Assembly: GCA_045539975.1 (NCBI GenBank)
Contig: JAZQGK010000130.1
Coordinates: 1,919-65,918 of the forward strand
DNA from: Candidatus Scatosoma sp.
GTDB taxonomy: Bacteria > Bacillota > Clostridia > Christensenellales > Borkfalkiaceae
Reading direction: 5' to 3'
Length of the DNA: 64,000 nucleotides
Each line of letters opens with the position of its first letter. The first letter of the stretch is position 1. Made by a program: the position numbers and the translations under genes. Under the pieces are notes generated by a model that was not told where the DNA came from, searched no databases, and saw only the letters and a program-made list of their open reading frames with translations. Positions 17,027 through 26,153 of this stretch are shown here, piece by piece.

Positions 17027-17287
17027 TTACTCGCATTTGTTATAGCAGGGACACTTCTCACAGTCCCCGTCGCAGTCCGTTTCATTGATCGGACAGTTCT
17101 CGCAATCCCCATTGCATACGATATCCTTTTTATCCGTTACCGCTTCAATAAGAATTGCGCCTTTCGTCGCAGAAATCTGCAACAAGTCGCCTTCGCTGAT
17201 ACCCGATTCTTCCATTGCCTCTACAGGCATTGCGAAGAAAATAAAATTACCTTTTTTTACCGTCTTATCTTGCATGATATAATGCAC
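17027..17287 (-). CDS. AbrB-like protein with Cys-rich C-terminal tail
   Basis: 86 aa. FAMPVEAMEESGISEGDLLQISATKGAILIE is AbrB-like. The last 29 aa contain 9 Cys (CNGDCENCPINETDCDGDCEKCPCYNKCE). Confidence 0.6.
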   Translation of the reverse strand: MHYIMQDKTVKKGNFIFFAMPVEAMEESGISEGDLLQISATKGAILIEAVTDKKDIVCNGDCENCPINETDCDGDCEKCPCYNKCE

Positions 17288-18243
17288 TCCCTTAATATTT
17301 TTTCAAAATCGAAGTTTTCTTCTTGTGCTTCGAAGAAGGTTAATTGCAACGGCTTCTCCCGTTCCCTTTCGTATAGGTCATAGTTGCCTATGAGCAATTC
17401 TTTAAACTCTTTTCCTGCGTCGTATCTTTGCGCCATAGAATGCACGCGTGAAAAGTCAAAGATTGAAAAGCCTTGGTACAGTTCCCTAATTTCGGGACAG
17501 TCGTTGTAGGACAACAAAAACCTGCCTTTTATGTTCTGCAAAGTGTCTCGAAGCCGTACATGGTCCTGCCAATTGAACCCTACCGCATACATATCCTCCG
17601 TAGAAAAATACGGCGGATCTGCGTAGAAAAAGCTGTCGGGACGGTCATAGTGTTTTATCAAGGCTTCAAAGTCTTGGTTCTCGACTATCACACTCGACAT
17701 TCGCCTTTCCAGCTCTTTAATAAGGCCGAATATCTTGCGGATATCCATCGGCTGTGCCGCAAACGATTTGCAACCGCTTGAATAACTGTACCTCAAAAGT
17801 TTCATAAACAGCGCCGCCCTGCGCACGTCGTAATCTTGCGTTATCCGCGTCCGCAGTTCTTGCAATTCCTTCGCTTCAGGCGGGGGGAACATGATTTCCG
17901 TCAGGAATAGTTCCTCGCCAAAATACTCGTCCGTAAACGTTTCGTACTCGAAAAATTTCTTGATAGCGTTGAAGTCTTCTCGGCTGTTGAGATTACAAAA
18001 TCCCAGCTCTCGAATCGTCGCCATCGTCCTCTCTTTCATGCATCGAAACAGGTTGACGAGATTTCTATCGAAATCGTTGTACACTTCAAACGGCGGGGGC
18101 TTGGGATTGCCAAGCAGTACGCTCCCGCTGCCGCCGAATACGTCGATAAATCGTCCGTACTTTAATGGAAACACGGCATATAAAATATGGAGAATGGACG
18201 ACTTATTCCCCACTCGTGTCACCGGAGTTTTAATAGTTACCAC
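17257..18243 (-). CDS. dam: DNA adenine methyltransferase, Dam (D12) family
   Basis: 328 aa. Motifs VGNKSS, DVFGGSGSV (motif I) and YADPPYF (motif IV). Confidence 0.9.
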   Translation of the reverse strand: MVTIKTPVTRVGNKSSILHILYAVFPLKYGRFIDVFGGSGSVLLGNPKPPPFEVYNDFDRNLVNLFRCMKERTMATIRELGFCNLNSREDFNAIKKFFEYETFTDEYFGEELFLTEIMFPPPEAKELQELRTRITQDYDVRRAALFMKLLRYSYSSGCKSFAAQPMDIRKIFGLIKELERRMSSVIVENQDFEALIKHYDRPDSFFYADPPYFSTEDMYAVGFNWQDHVRLRDTLQNIKGRFLLSYNDCPEIRELYQGFSIFDFSRVHSMAQRYDAGKEFKELLIGNYDLYEREREKPLQLTFFEAQEENFDFEKILRECIISCKIRR

Positions 18244-18334
18244 CTCTCTTTCCCATGCGCGGCAACAGCCGTCCCAAAAAAGAAAAGCGGCGCAACCTTC
18301 CCTTTTGGAACGATTGACACCGCTTGGGGTTTAT

Positions 18335-18454
18335 TTAGTCCTTTTTACTTTGCCTGTGCGTGACGAGATGTTTTACAACAGCAAAACCGATTGCCGTTCC
18401 CGCGCAACACCCGCCGAGAAGAAATCCAATCACAAAACTGAATCCTACCGTCAT
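18335..18454 (-). CDS. Small hydrophobic peptide (39 aa), below the ORF-track cut-off
   Basis: ATG 18454 with AGGAGG 6 nt upstream. Translation MTVGFSFVIGFLLGGCCAGTAIGFAVVKHLVTHRQSKKD gives one TM helix plus a basic tail. TAA at 18337-18335. Confidence 0.5.
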   Translation of the reverse strand: MTVGFSFVIGFLLGGCCAGTAIGFAVVKHLVTHRQSKKD

Positions 18455-18472
18455 ACTCTTTACCTCCTATTC

Positions 18473-18934
18473 TTATTGATTTATAACAAAACCCGAACCT
18501 TCATTTTCTTCAGGTTCGGGTTCTGTGTCCGTTGTTTCTATGCCCATATACTGATTGTAGGCTTTTTCATATTCCGCATAATTCTCCGCGCCGTGTTCCT
18601 TTAAGAACTTTTCATCGAATATCCATAAGGGATACCGACAGTGCGCGCCTGTTTTTGTCAAGCCAGTATCCTGCGCGATTCCCGCTTTTAGTAACTGGTC
18701 TGCAAACCTGCAATTATTCGTGTCGATATACGCCGCATTTTTAAGTCCGATGAACTCACCGAAGTTCGCTGTCAACCGTGCAAAAGGTGTAGGATATCCA
18801 CCGTCTTGTTCGTCCAGGTCTATGGCGATACCATACAATTCCTTGCCCATAATCGCGTCCTTGACCGTGTACAGTTCCACACGGGGCTGTACCTTTACCT
18901 TTCCGCCGTATTGCGTATTTATTTCGTAAATCAT
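18473..18934 (-). CDS. ICE accessory protein (DUF4313-like, from memory)
   Basis: 153 aa. Contains LTANFGEFI...AYIDTNNC...YPLWIF; acidic C-terminus. Confidence 0.5.
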   Translation of the reverse strand: MIYEINTQYGGKVKVQPRVELYTVKDAIMGKELYGIAIDLDEQDGGYPTPFARLTANFGEFIGLKNAAYIDTNNCRFADQLLKAGIAQDTGLTKTGAHCRYPLWIFDEKFLKEHGAENYAEYEKAYNQYMGIETTDTEPEPEENEGSGFVINQ

Positions 18935-19497
18935 AAGCCCATCCCCATTCCCATAGACTCTTCGCTGCCGTCCGTGATGTTCACGTATTCGCCGATAATA
19001 TTCAACGCGCCGCTATAATCACAGCCCGACGTCATAATCCGCTTGCTCATCTCTTTTGCCTGTTCGGCCATACCATGGTCGCGTAGAGTGCGTGAAGCAA
19101 TACCCATTAAGTTGAATATATTGCCGTCTTCGCCAATAAGCGGACAGTCAGGCTTTTGCGATGCCTGCGATTCTTCCGCAAAACCGCCAAGCCTGTTTGG
19201 AACGTAGTCCGAAAGCCAAGTTCCGCCAAACGTGCCATGCGTCTGCAAGCGCCACATCGCAAGTTTTCCGATATCCAAATCTACCCCCTCGAACGGAAAT
19301 AAAATGCACGTCAGCCCGTCGTTTGAAAACACCGAGCAGTTCTCGAACTTAGAGCCGTTTTGCAAAATCCCTTCCTTGGTTAGAAGGTCGTTTATTCCAT
19401 CCAGCCATTCCTTCGGCTCTCCGCCACAGCCCTGCAAAATAAGTCCTTCTTTATCTTTCATCTTTCGTAAATCTTCCGTTTTAATTACGCTAATCAT
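18931..19497 (-). CDS. Hypothetical protein (188 aa)
   Basis: ORF with 4-nt overlaps on both sides. No motif recognised. Confidence 0.55.
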   Translation of the reverse strand: MISVIKTEDLRKMKDKEGLILQGCGGEPKEWLDGINDLLTKEGILQNGSKFENCSVFSNDGLTCILFPFEGVDLDIGKLAMWRLQTHGTFGGTWLSDYVPNRLGGFAEESQASQKPDCPLIGEDGNIFNLMGIASRTLRDHGMAEQAKEMSKRIMTSGCDYSGALNIIGEYVNITDGSEESMGMGMGL

Positions 19498-21038
19498 TGC
19501 GGTCCCTCCATTATTTGTCCTTCTGTTTCTTCTTCCGTGAAATCTGCCGTTAGATAATCTCGCAGAGTTAACTCGTCCCCCAAAAAGTTCGGAGACGTTT
19601 CTTCGTCAAACTCGATACAGTCGTTTTTCCCAAGGTCTATCGGTTCTCGCGTGAGTACCGTGCCTGCATGGTCCACGCCTACGTGCTTTTCAATACTCGC
19701 AAAGAACGGCACGCCGTCCCTTAAATCGTATTTATACACGCCGTCAGGGAGTTCGCTCGCGTCTACCCGCGCGTTCGTGAACAACGCTTTTTGGCCGCAG
19801 ACTTCTATTAAATCAAAGCTGTCGTCCAAAATCGGATGCTTTGGATATTTAGATACGTTTTCGTATAAACCTTGACCGTAATACGACACCGCGCCGTAGC
19901 TCGTAATCGTTGCGTTTGTACGATTCAAAAGCGTTCGTCCTTCGTTATACACCGAAAGGCTATCCAACCACTCCCTATCAAAGTCTTTGTCCATATGCTC
20001 TGCGATGTATTTTTTGAAATACTCCGTCGAACTTTCTACTTCCGTATCTAACTCATATTTGGAGATGTGCTGTGCAATATTCAACAGTTTCTCTACGCCG
20101 TGCGCGTCTTGCGCTTCCACTACCGCCTTGAACTTAACCTTGTCTTTAGGCGACATACACATATATGCATACGCCAACGAGTTCAGTTTCTCGAACTTAT
20201 GCATATCGCCAAAATCATCGTCGTTGATGCCATGAATATTGCTTTCAAAACCTAAATATACGCAATCTTCAATGCGTTTCACGCCATATTTATTTTTCAT
20301 TGCGTATATTTCCATCTTGTCCGCAGGCAAGAACAGCCAATCGTCCGTAGGTTCGGGTTCTACCTCATCTTCCGCAGGTTTTACAATTTCCAATCGGAAC
20401 GCAAACCATCTTTCCAGTTCGCCTGTATCGTTCGGCAACGTTTTACCGTCATAGACTTCGGGGAGTTCGTACTCGCCTGCCACCACGTATTTTCCGTTTG
20501 CAAACACGCCGCCCTCGTTCTCTCTATGCAGTTTCCCTATCGTTGCTTTATTGATAAGATACAACGACTGATCGGGAATCGCCGAGATGTCGGGGTGCAG
20601 ATCATTGTCAATGACGAACTCACCAAGCATTTCATCCGAGCTTATCCCAGGATAAACCCCTACGCCATCCAAACCATAGGTTAAATTGATTAAATCCTTC
20701 ATACTGACGACTTCGTCTTCGTCGCCAGTCAGGACTTTGCTTTTGACCGCTTTTAATGCCGTCAGTTCGTCCTCGCTTAACTCGCCCAAACGCTTAGCAA
20801 GGAAGTTCAACTCGTCTATGGTAGGGCTATCCAACCTTGTCCCTACAAGTTCAGGCAATAGCGGACAGTTTTCTATCCGTATATCCGTGCCTGCGTTTGT
20901 TTTGGTTATGATACGCGCTTTATGGTATGCGTCTAAAATATCCGCATCCGACGCAGGCAACCAGACCGACGAATAAAAATGTTCCGTACTGTTCGGCTTT
21001 TCATTACAAAGCTCTATTTTTATTGTGTTATAAATCAT
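19494..21038 (-). CDS. Large ICE accessory protein; N-terminal module paralogous to the 25020-26153 gene
   Basis: Start set at MIYNTIKIEL (ATG 21038, RBS AGGAGA). Shares LD..E.N.L.K.L...S.KDLINLT and EVY.G.T.P blocks with the 25020-26153 product. Confidence 0.6.
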   Translation of the reverse strand: MIYNTIKIELCNEKPNSTEHFYSSVWLPASDADILDAYHKARIITKTNAGTDIRIENCPLLPELVGTRLDSPTIDELNFLAKRLGELSEDELTALKAVKSKVLTGDEDEVVSMKDLINLTYGLDGVGVYPGISSDEMLGEFVIDNDLHPDISAIPDQSLYLINKATIGKLHRENEGGVFANGKYVVAGEYELPEVYDGKTLPNDTGELERWFAFRLEIVKPAEDEVEPEPTDDWLFLPADKMEIYAMKNKYGVKRIEDCVYLGFESNIHGINDDDFGDMHKFEKLNSLAYAYMCMSPKDKVKFKAVVEAQDAHGVEKLLNIAQHISKYELDTEVESSTEYFKKYIAEHMDKDFDREWLDSLSVYNEGRTLLNRTNATITSYGAVSYYGQGLYENVSKYPKHPILDDSFDLIEVCGQKALFTNARVDASELPDGVYKYDLRDGVPFFASIEKHVGVDHAGTVLTREPIDLGKNDCIEFDEETSPNFLGDELTLRDYLTADFTEEETEGQIMEGPQ

Positions 21039-21048
21039 ACTTTTTCTC

Positions 21049-22032
21049 CTACATCGTTTGTTGCATTTCTTCCGTTTCCACGGGTTCTTCATACGGTTCG
21101 GCAGAATAGATCGATTTTCCGCAATAGGATACATCCACGATATCTTCGGGATATAAATGGCTTTGCGGTCCAAAAGTTTCTTCAAATGCACGTCTGTCCT
21201 TTGCAGGCATATCCCAACTGGAATAGAACGTTATAGGATCTCGCCTTAATGCGTTTGCCTCTATTTTGAACGTTAGTTCTTTTTCTTCTTTATCTGCCGT
21301 CACCGTTAGACTTTTCGCATCCGTGCCTTTCGCTGCCTCTATAATTCTGCGAATCCTATGCGTTGGACTGTCTTCCTGTTGCTCGAATTTCATTAGCTCC
21401 GCTTTCAACAGTTCATTCTTTCTCAATGTCAACAATATATCCTGTTGATGCTCATTGTAATACCGCTCCGCTTCTTTTTTCGCATAACCCTGCGGATTAG
21501 CTATATACGACAGCAATTCTTCGTCGTGATTCCAATCGTTGCACGAATACCAGCATTCATATTTGACGCCTTCCGATGTTTTTCCTTCAATAAATGCCTT
21601 TCTTGCCTCGTTTTTCGCCTCATATTCATCAAAGGTGGATAGTTTATCCTTCCCTCTGATAGAAAGCTCCGATATCTCCAAGTTTTCAGGATTATTATCC
21701 ACACGTTCTTCTACAAGAGCTTGCACCCTTGCCGTAAGTTCTTCTTGCATATCGTTCGAGTTCTTGGGATATTCAATTTCTGGATCGATTGCAGAAAAAT
21801 ATCCGCAGGCATCATAAATAATTTTTTCCTCTCTGTCATATATGCCTACGCATTCTAACTGCGTATGCCTTGTAATTTCAGAAGCAAGAAACTTTGGCAT
21901 AAACAAATAATCAAATCTGCCATTTTTTGGCAGTTTGCAAAATATCCTTTGTCTGCCGCGTTCGTCTTTGAGTGTTAAAGGGTGATATGAATCACCCTCC
22001 AACCACGACCGTAATTCTTCTTTACTGATCAT
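21049..22032 (-). CDS. Hypothetical protein (327 aa)
   Basis: ORF in the operon, overlapping the Dcm stop region by 11 nt. No motif recognised. Confidence 0.55.
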   Translation of the reverse strand: MISKEELRSWLEGDSYHPLTLKDERGRQRIFCKLPKNGRFDYLFMPKFLASEITRHTQLECVGIYDREEKIIYDACGYFSAIDPEIEYPKNSNDMQEELTARVQALVEERVDNNPENLEISELSIRGKDKLSTFDEYEAKNEARKAFIEGKTSEGVKYECWYSCNDWNHDEELLSYIANPQGYAKKEAERYYNEHQQDILLTLRKNELLKAELMKFEQQEDSPTHRIRRIIEAAKGTDAKSLTVTADKEEKELTFKIEANALRRDPITFYSSWDMPAKDRRAFEETFGPQSHLYPEDIVDVSYCGKSIYSAEPYEEPVETEEMQQTM

Positions 22033-23314
22033 TCTTGTTCTCCTTTATGCAATATTTTTCATAATGTTCTTTGATTAGCTCGCCGATAGCAGAAATAACG
22101 GGTACTGTCACTGCGTTCCCTGCCATCTTATACAGGTGTCCGTCCTTTAAGCCCGTTGCTTCCGCTTTATAAAATTGCTCGTCTGTAAAACCTTGTAACC
22201 GCCAACACTCTATCGGCATAAGCCGTCTTACCTTGCCGTAGCGGATAATTCCATGCCTGTCGCAGACCGTTAAGGCAAACATAGGCTCATTCGGTTCTTT
22301 ATACCGTCTGCCCTGTTGCCGCACGTGTTCCTTCGCAGGCGTTAGGATTGCTCTCGGTTCGTCTTCTATAAATACGCCCGAATGCTCGCCTTTCCTATTA
22401 CTCATCCCAGAATCTTGCCTTGCGGTAATACAGCGCGCGATTTCCGTCAAGTTCGGGGGCGGATTCATGTCAATAAAAAAGTAGCCCTGCGAGCTACTCG
22501 TCGTAAGCGTGTGCGCTATTTGTTCACCTACCCGTCCGCGCCGTGAATTGATACCTGGGTACGCCAAATCAATGCTATCCCCAGGATATGCAAGCTGATA
22601 GCCTTGCTTTGTCTTTACCTTTATCGGCAGGTTTACATCGTATAATCCCGTCTTTCCGCCAAAGCCGCCTGCGTTGCTTGTCAGCGTTATTCCGACTCCC
22701 CTTGGGGTGTAGATTCTATTCCCTTCGCGTCCGGGGATAATTTGCTCAGTAGTCTTGCCATTTGCCTCTGTGAAAGAAAGTATTTCTCCGGGGCTTCTTT
22801 CTCCAAGAAATCCGATAATATACACTCTCTTTCTGGCTTGGGGGACACCGAAATCCTTGCTGTTACACACTTGCCATGCGACATGATACCCCAATTCAGA
22901 AAGCGCGCTGAGGATAACTGCAAACGTCCTGCCGTTGTCGTGCGACAGCAAACCGGGTACGTTTTCAAGAAAAAGAAATGTTGGTCTTTTAATGGCAGCG
23001 ATTCGAGCGATTTCAAAGAAAAGCGTTCCTCTTGCGTCTTCAAATCCGCCCCGCTTTCCAGCGAGTGAAAAAGCCTGACAAGGGAATCCTCCACAAATAA
23101 GGTCGATATCAGGTACGTCGTTTGGGTTGATTTTTGTTGCGTCTTCAAAATATTTTTCCTCCTTTTTGATGTCATACATTGCGTTATACGCTTGGTTGGC
23201 GTGTTTGTCGATTTCGCAGTGTCCCACGCATTCAAACCCGCCGATTGCTTCAAGTCCACTTCTAAAGCCGCCTATCCCTGCAAACATATCAAAAAAGCGA
23301 ATTGCCATACGCAA
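22022..23314 (-). CDS. dcm: DNA (cytosine-5)-methyltransferase
   Basis: 430 aa. Motif I FDMFAGIGGF, motif IV GGFPCQAFS, motif VI ENVPGL, motif VIII QARKRVYIIG, motif X GNAVTVPV. Confidence 0.95.
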   Translation of the reverse strand: MRMAIRFFDMFAGIGGFRSGLEAIGGFECVGHCEIDKHANQAYNAMYDIKKEEKYFEDATKINPNDVPDIDLICGGFPCQAFSLAGKRGGFEDARGTLFFEIARIAAIKRPTFLFLENVPGLLSHDNGRTFAVILSALSELGYHVAWQVCNSKDFGVPQARKRVYIIGFLGERSPGEILSFTEANGKTTEQIIPGREGNRIYTPRGVGITLTSNAGGFGGKTGLYDVNLPIKVKTKQGYQLAYPGDSIDLAYPGINSRRGRVGEQIAHTLTTSSSQGYFFIDMNPPPNLTEIARCITARQDSGMSNRKGEHSGVFIEDEPRAILTPAKEHVRQQGRRYKEPNEPMFALTVCDRHGIIRYGKVRRLMPIECWRLQGFTDEQFYKAEATGLKDGHLYKMAGNAVTVPVISAIGELIKEHYEKYCIKENKNDQ

Positions 23315-23365
23315 CTCATTCCCTTAACGATTACTTTGGTTTACTTCTCCGAGCTTTTCATCACC

Positions 23366-23875
23366 TCACATTACCATACTTGGGCCGTCATAGCCCATAC
23401 TCTCGTCTTCGGATACTTCGTCCTCAGAGAGTTCTTCCTCTTCTTCTGCCTCGGCAATTTGCGCCTGCGCTTCCGTTTCTTCTTCCAACTGCGCATCTTC
23501 CTCGTCTTCGTTTGCCAACGCTTCAAGCTTTTCTTTCTGCACCTTATCTTCCGCAATATCCTTTTCGAGTTCCTTTTCAAGCAACTCTGTCATAAAATCT
23601 TTTTGATTTACTTTCCCCTGTTTCAAGCGATCTTTGAGCTTTTGATAAACACTTTCAGGTACTTGAAAAGCAATAGTGCGCTGCTTTTCAGGTTGTACTT
23701 CACCCGTTCCTTCCTTTGCGTTTACCAAACTATCAATCGCTTGCGTAATAAAAGTTTCCATATTCATGTTGCCATGCTCCGACATATATTGCCGCGCTTT
23801 CGCATGATGCTCTAAATCCACTTTCGTGGTAATACCTTTCTTTTCTCCGTTTGTCATATTTTCCTCCTTATACAA
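23366..23875 (-). CDS. Tandem ribbon-helix-helix-like protein with acidic tail
   Basis: 169 aa. Two RHH-like segments (ITTKVDLEHHAKARQYM...FITQAIDSLV and RTIAFQVPESVYQKLKDRL...FMTELLEKEL) followed by a poly-acidic C-terminus. Directly upstream of dcm. Confidence 0.5.
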   Translation of the reverse strand: MYKEENMTNGEKKGITTKVDLEHHAKARQYMSEHGNMNMETFITQAIDSLVNAKEGTGEVQPEKQRTIAFQVPESVYQKLKDRLKQGKVNQKDFMTELLEKELEKDIAEDKVQKEKLEALANEDEEDAQLEEETEAQAQIAEAEEEEELSEDEVSEDESMGYDGPSMVM

Positions 23876-25019
23876 TTTTCATTCCGTCGTCTTCGACGGG
23901 TTCTTCCGTTTCGTCTTGTTCAAACTTGAACTCTACGCCCGATTCCTGCAACAGTTCGATGACCTTGTCTTGTACGCTTTTTGCAACGTAATCGCTCATA
24001 GGCTCTTCGCCGTCTTCGTTAGCCACAAGCTCAATACCCAGCTTTGCAAGATACCCCTTCACCAATTCCCAGCAATCGCTTTCAAGTTCATCGAAGTATC
24101 CCAGCTTGGAACAGTCAATCGGCTCGTTCGGAATCACAATTTGGCAGTCGTCCCCGAAGTCTGCCACTTTGCCGCTTTTCAGCCTTGCTTCTTGCGCGAG
24201 TTCGCTTTCCGTAAGCGTCCTAAAGCTGTCTTTGCCTGGAATCAACGATGAGCCTCTGCCGTTATCCCACGCTACGTCTATTCCTCCCACGCTTACGTTG
24301 AGTATCGTACCTCGCGCTCCGCCTTCTATGGGGCATTTCTCATCGCTATCCATACTCAATAGCATAACGCGCGTTCCAGGCGGATACAGTTCCTTATACC
24401 GTTCCATTCGCCTACGTTCTCTTTCCCATTCGTTCATTTTTACCTCCTCGCCCCGTTCTACTTTTTTTATCATCGGGAGCAATATTTCAAATAATTTTAT
24501 TGCGTATGCCAAATCCGTTATCCCCGTCACGTAAATCCCGTCCGTCTTCAAAAGCGGATATCCATCCGCATACTTTACCGTAACGTCGCCGTGCAGACCG
24601 TCCTTGCAGATGAATTCTGCTACTTCTTCTACGCTACGCAGCGTTTTATTGCGAATGATAGACGAACCGATGAGCTTAGGATGTTCCTCTAAGTCTTTAT
24701 ATTCGCCCTGCTCGTATCGTAAAACAAATCGGGAATGTCCGTAACGCTCACAGCTTTTCGTTAAGAAGTCAACTTGACTCTCCATCCGTTGTTTTAAATA
24801 TGTCACTTCTTCCACCGTGGCGTTTCGCATATCGCCTTCCCCATAAACATATCGATCCGATTTTACTTCGATTTCTTGATCTTCGGATAATCGGTTCATA
24901 AATTCTTCATAAGCCCTCCAGCCTTGAAGATCGCTTTTTCTTCTCGGTATCCCTCCCACTATAAACCTTGATTCTACCGCCCCTGACTTCATCGTCACAA
25001 CCGAAAATAATACTGCCAT
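23868..25019 (-). CDS. ICE accessory protein with a DUF4314-like domain (from memory)
   Basis: 383 aa. The segment YPPGTRVMLLSMDSDEKCPIEGGARGTILNVSVGGIDVAWDNGRGSSLIPGKDSF matches the remembered DUF4314 pattern. Confidence 0.55.
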   Translation of the reverse strand: MAVLFSVVTMKSGAVESRFIVGGIPRRKSDLQGWRAYEEFMNRLSEDQEIEVKSDRYVYGEGDMRNATVEEVTYLKQRMESQVDFLTKSCERYGHSRFVLRYEQGEYKDLEEHPKLIGSSIIRNKTLRSVEEVAEFICKDGLHGDVTVKYADGYPLLKTDGIYVTGITDLAYAIKLFEILLPMIKKVERGEEVKMNEWERERRRMERYKELYPPGTRVMLLSMDSDEKCPIEGGARGTILNVSVGGIDVAWDNGRGSSLIPGKDSFRTLTESELAQEARLKSGKVADFGDDCQIVIPNEPIDCSKLGYFDELESDCWELVKGYLAKLGIELVANEDGEEPMSDYVAKSVQDKVIELLQESGVEFKFEQDETEEPVEDDGMKIV

Positions 25020-26153
25020 TTACATTCCTCCCATTTTTATATCGTTTTCAACGTCAATGATTTGCTCTAACGACTTACCCGACGGAATATATACGAAACC
25101 GCTATTTACGAATTGACCGTTATACTCGTTACAGATATACCGCCCAAAATTACGATAATCGATAAAGTCTTTCACTTCGTCGGCGCATTCATAATCGGAA
25201 TCATACTCTACCAAATGCTGACCAAGCTCATGTTCATCCGAAATGCCATCTATATAATTGAATTCATCCAAATGATTGATAAGTGCCGTTGCCTCTTTTG
25301 CGGAAGTTACATCCGCATAGTCTGCTACCGCGATAAACATTTCCACGTCATCAAGATACTCCGCGCGCTTTGCAAATGCGTTAACAGCGTAAATGTCTTC
25401 GCCGTTTACAATATTTTCCAACAGCTCCGCATACGTGCCGTTCGTTGTATTACAATATATCATCATTGCATTGCAATTTGCAGGTCCCTCCAACCCAAGC
25501 CGCGATAACGCTTTCTTGATGGCAATATCTTCTTCAGGAAGATATAAATATTCTTTTGCACCGAGAAAGTCAAGCTCCATTTCTAACAGGTGTTCCTTAT
25601 ACGCATAAGCAGGAAACGTTTCCCCTTTGTATACTTCTTCAAAAGGTATATCGTCATTAACGAACAACAAACCTTTTTCCGTCCAAATACCTTTACCCGA
25701 TTCAAGCAATTCCTTGCCGATTTTCGCATACTCGGCATCTTTGCTTTTATCCGCAGGAATCGCCAGATTGCGCGTTATCATATGAGTTCTGCCTACCGCC
25801 GTCATATCCCCTATATTTTGAATTAGAGTATATCGCTGATCATTGAAAGTTAGATTGATTAGATCCTTCGCTGAACCAAAGCCTTCCTTTCTCGCTACTA
25901 CCGCAAATTTATCCATTTGAGCGTTCGTCATACCTTCTAACAGCTTCCCAAGATAATTCGCCTCATCCAAGTCAAGATATTTTCCCGCTAACAGTTCCAA
26001 GCCATCCCCTTCCAATACTTCCACCACATGCAACGGTGGTGGCAATTCGTCCGTTATTCCTACTTCGCGGAGTTTTTCCGCTAAATACTTTTCCGTACAC
26101 GGAAATCCAATGACCGTTTCCATATCACAATTTCTCACTTTGACTTCTATCAT
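25020..26153 (-). CDS. ICE accessory protein, possibly ArdA-like antirestriction (unverified)
   Basis: 377 aa, very acidic. Its C-terminal DFIDYRNFGRYICNEYNGQFVNSGFVY resembles the ArdA C-terminal region. Its N-terminal module is paralogous to the 19494-21038 gene. Confidence 0.4.
   Translation of the reverse strand: MIEVKVRNCDMETVIGFPCTEKYLAEKLREVGITDELPPPLHVVEVLEGDGLELLAGKYLDLDEANYLGKLLEGMTNAQMDKFAVVARKEGFGSAKDLINLTFNDQRYTLIQNIGDMTAVGRTHMITRNLAIPADKSKDAEYAKIGKELLESGKGIWTEKGLLFVNDDIPFEEVYKGETFPAYAYKEHLLEMELDFLGAKEYLYLPEEDIAIKKALSRLGLEGPANCNAMMIYCNTTNGTYAELLENIVNGEDIYAVNAFAKRAEYLDDVEMFIAVADYADVTSAKEATALINHLDEFNYIDGISDEHELGQHLVEYDSDYECADEVKDFIDYRNFGRYICNEYNGQFVNSGFVYIPSGKSLEQIIDVENDIKMGGM

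Noticed and set aside
21039-21191. 51-codon N-terminal extension of ORF 19494-21191.
   Set aside because: It overlaps the 3' end of the upstream gene. The internal ATG at 21038 has an AGGAGA RBS and follows the upstream stop by 10 nt.
22687-23259. 190-aa same-strand ORF inside the dcm gene in another frame.
   Set aside because: The overlapping frame carries all C5-methyltransferase motifs. The alternative frame has no motifs and no RBS.
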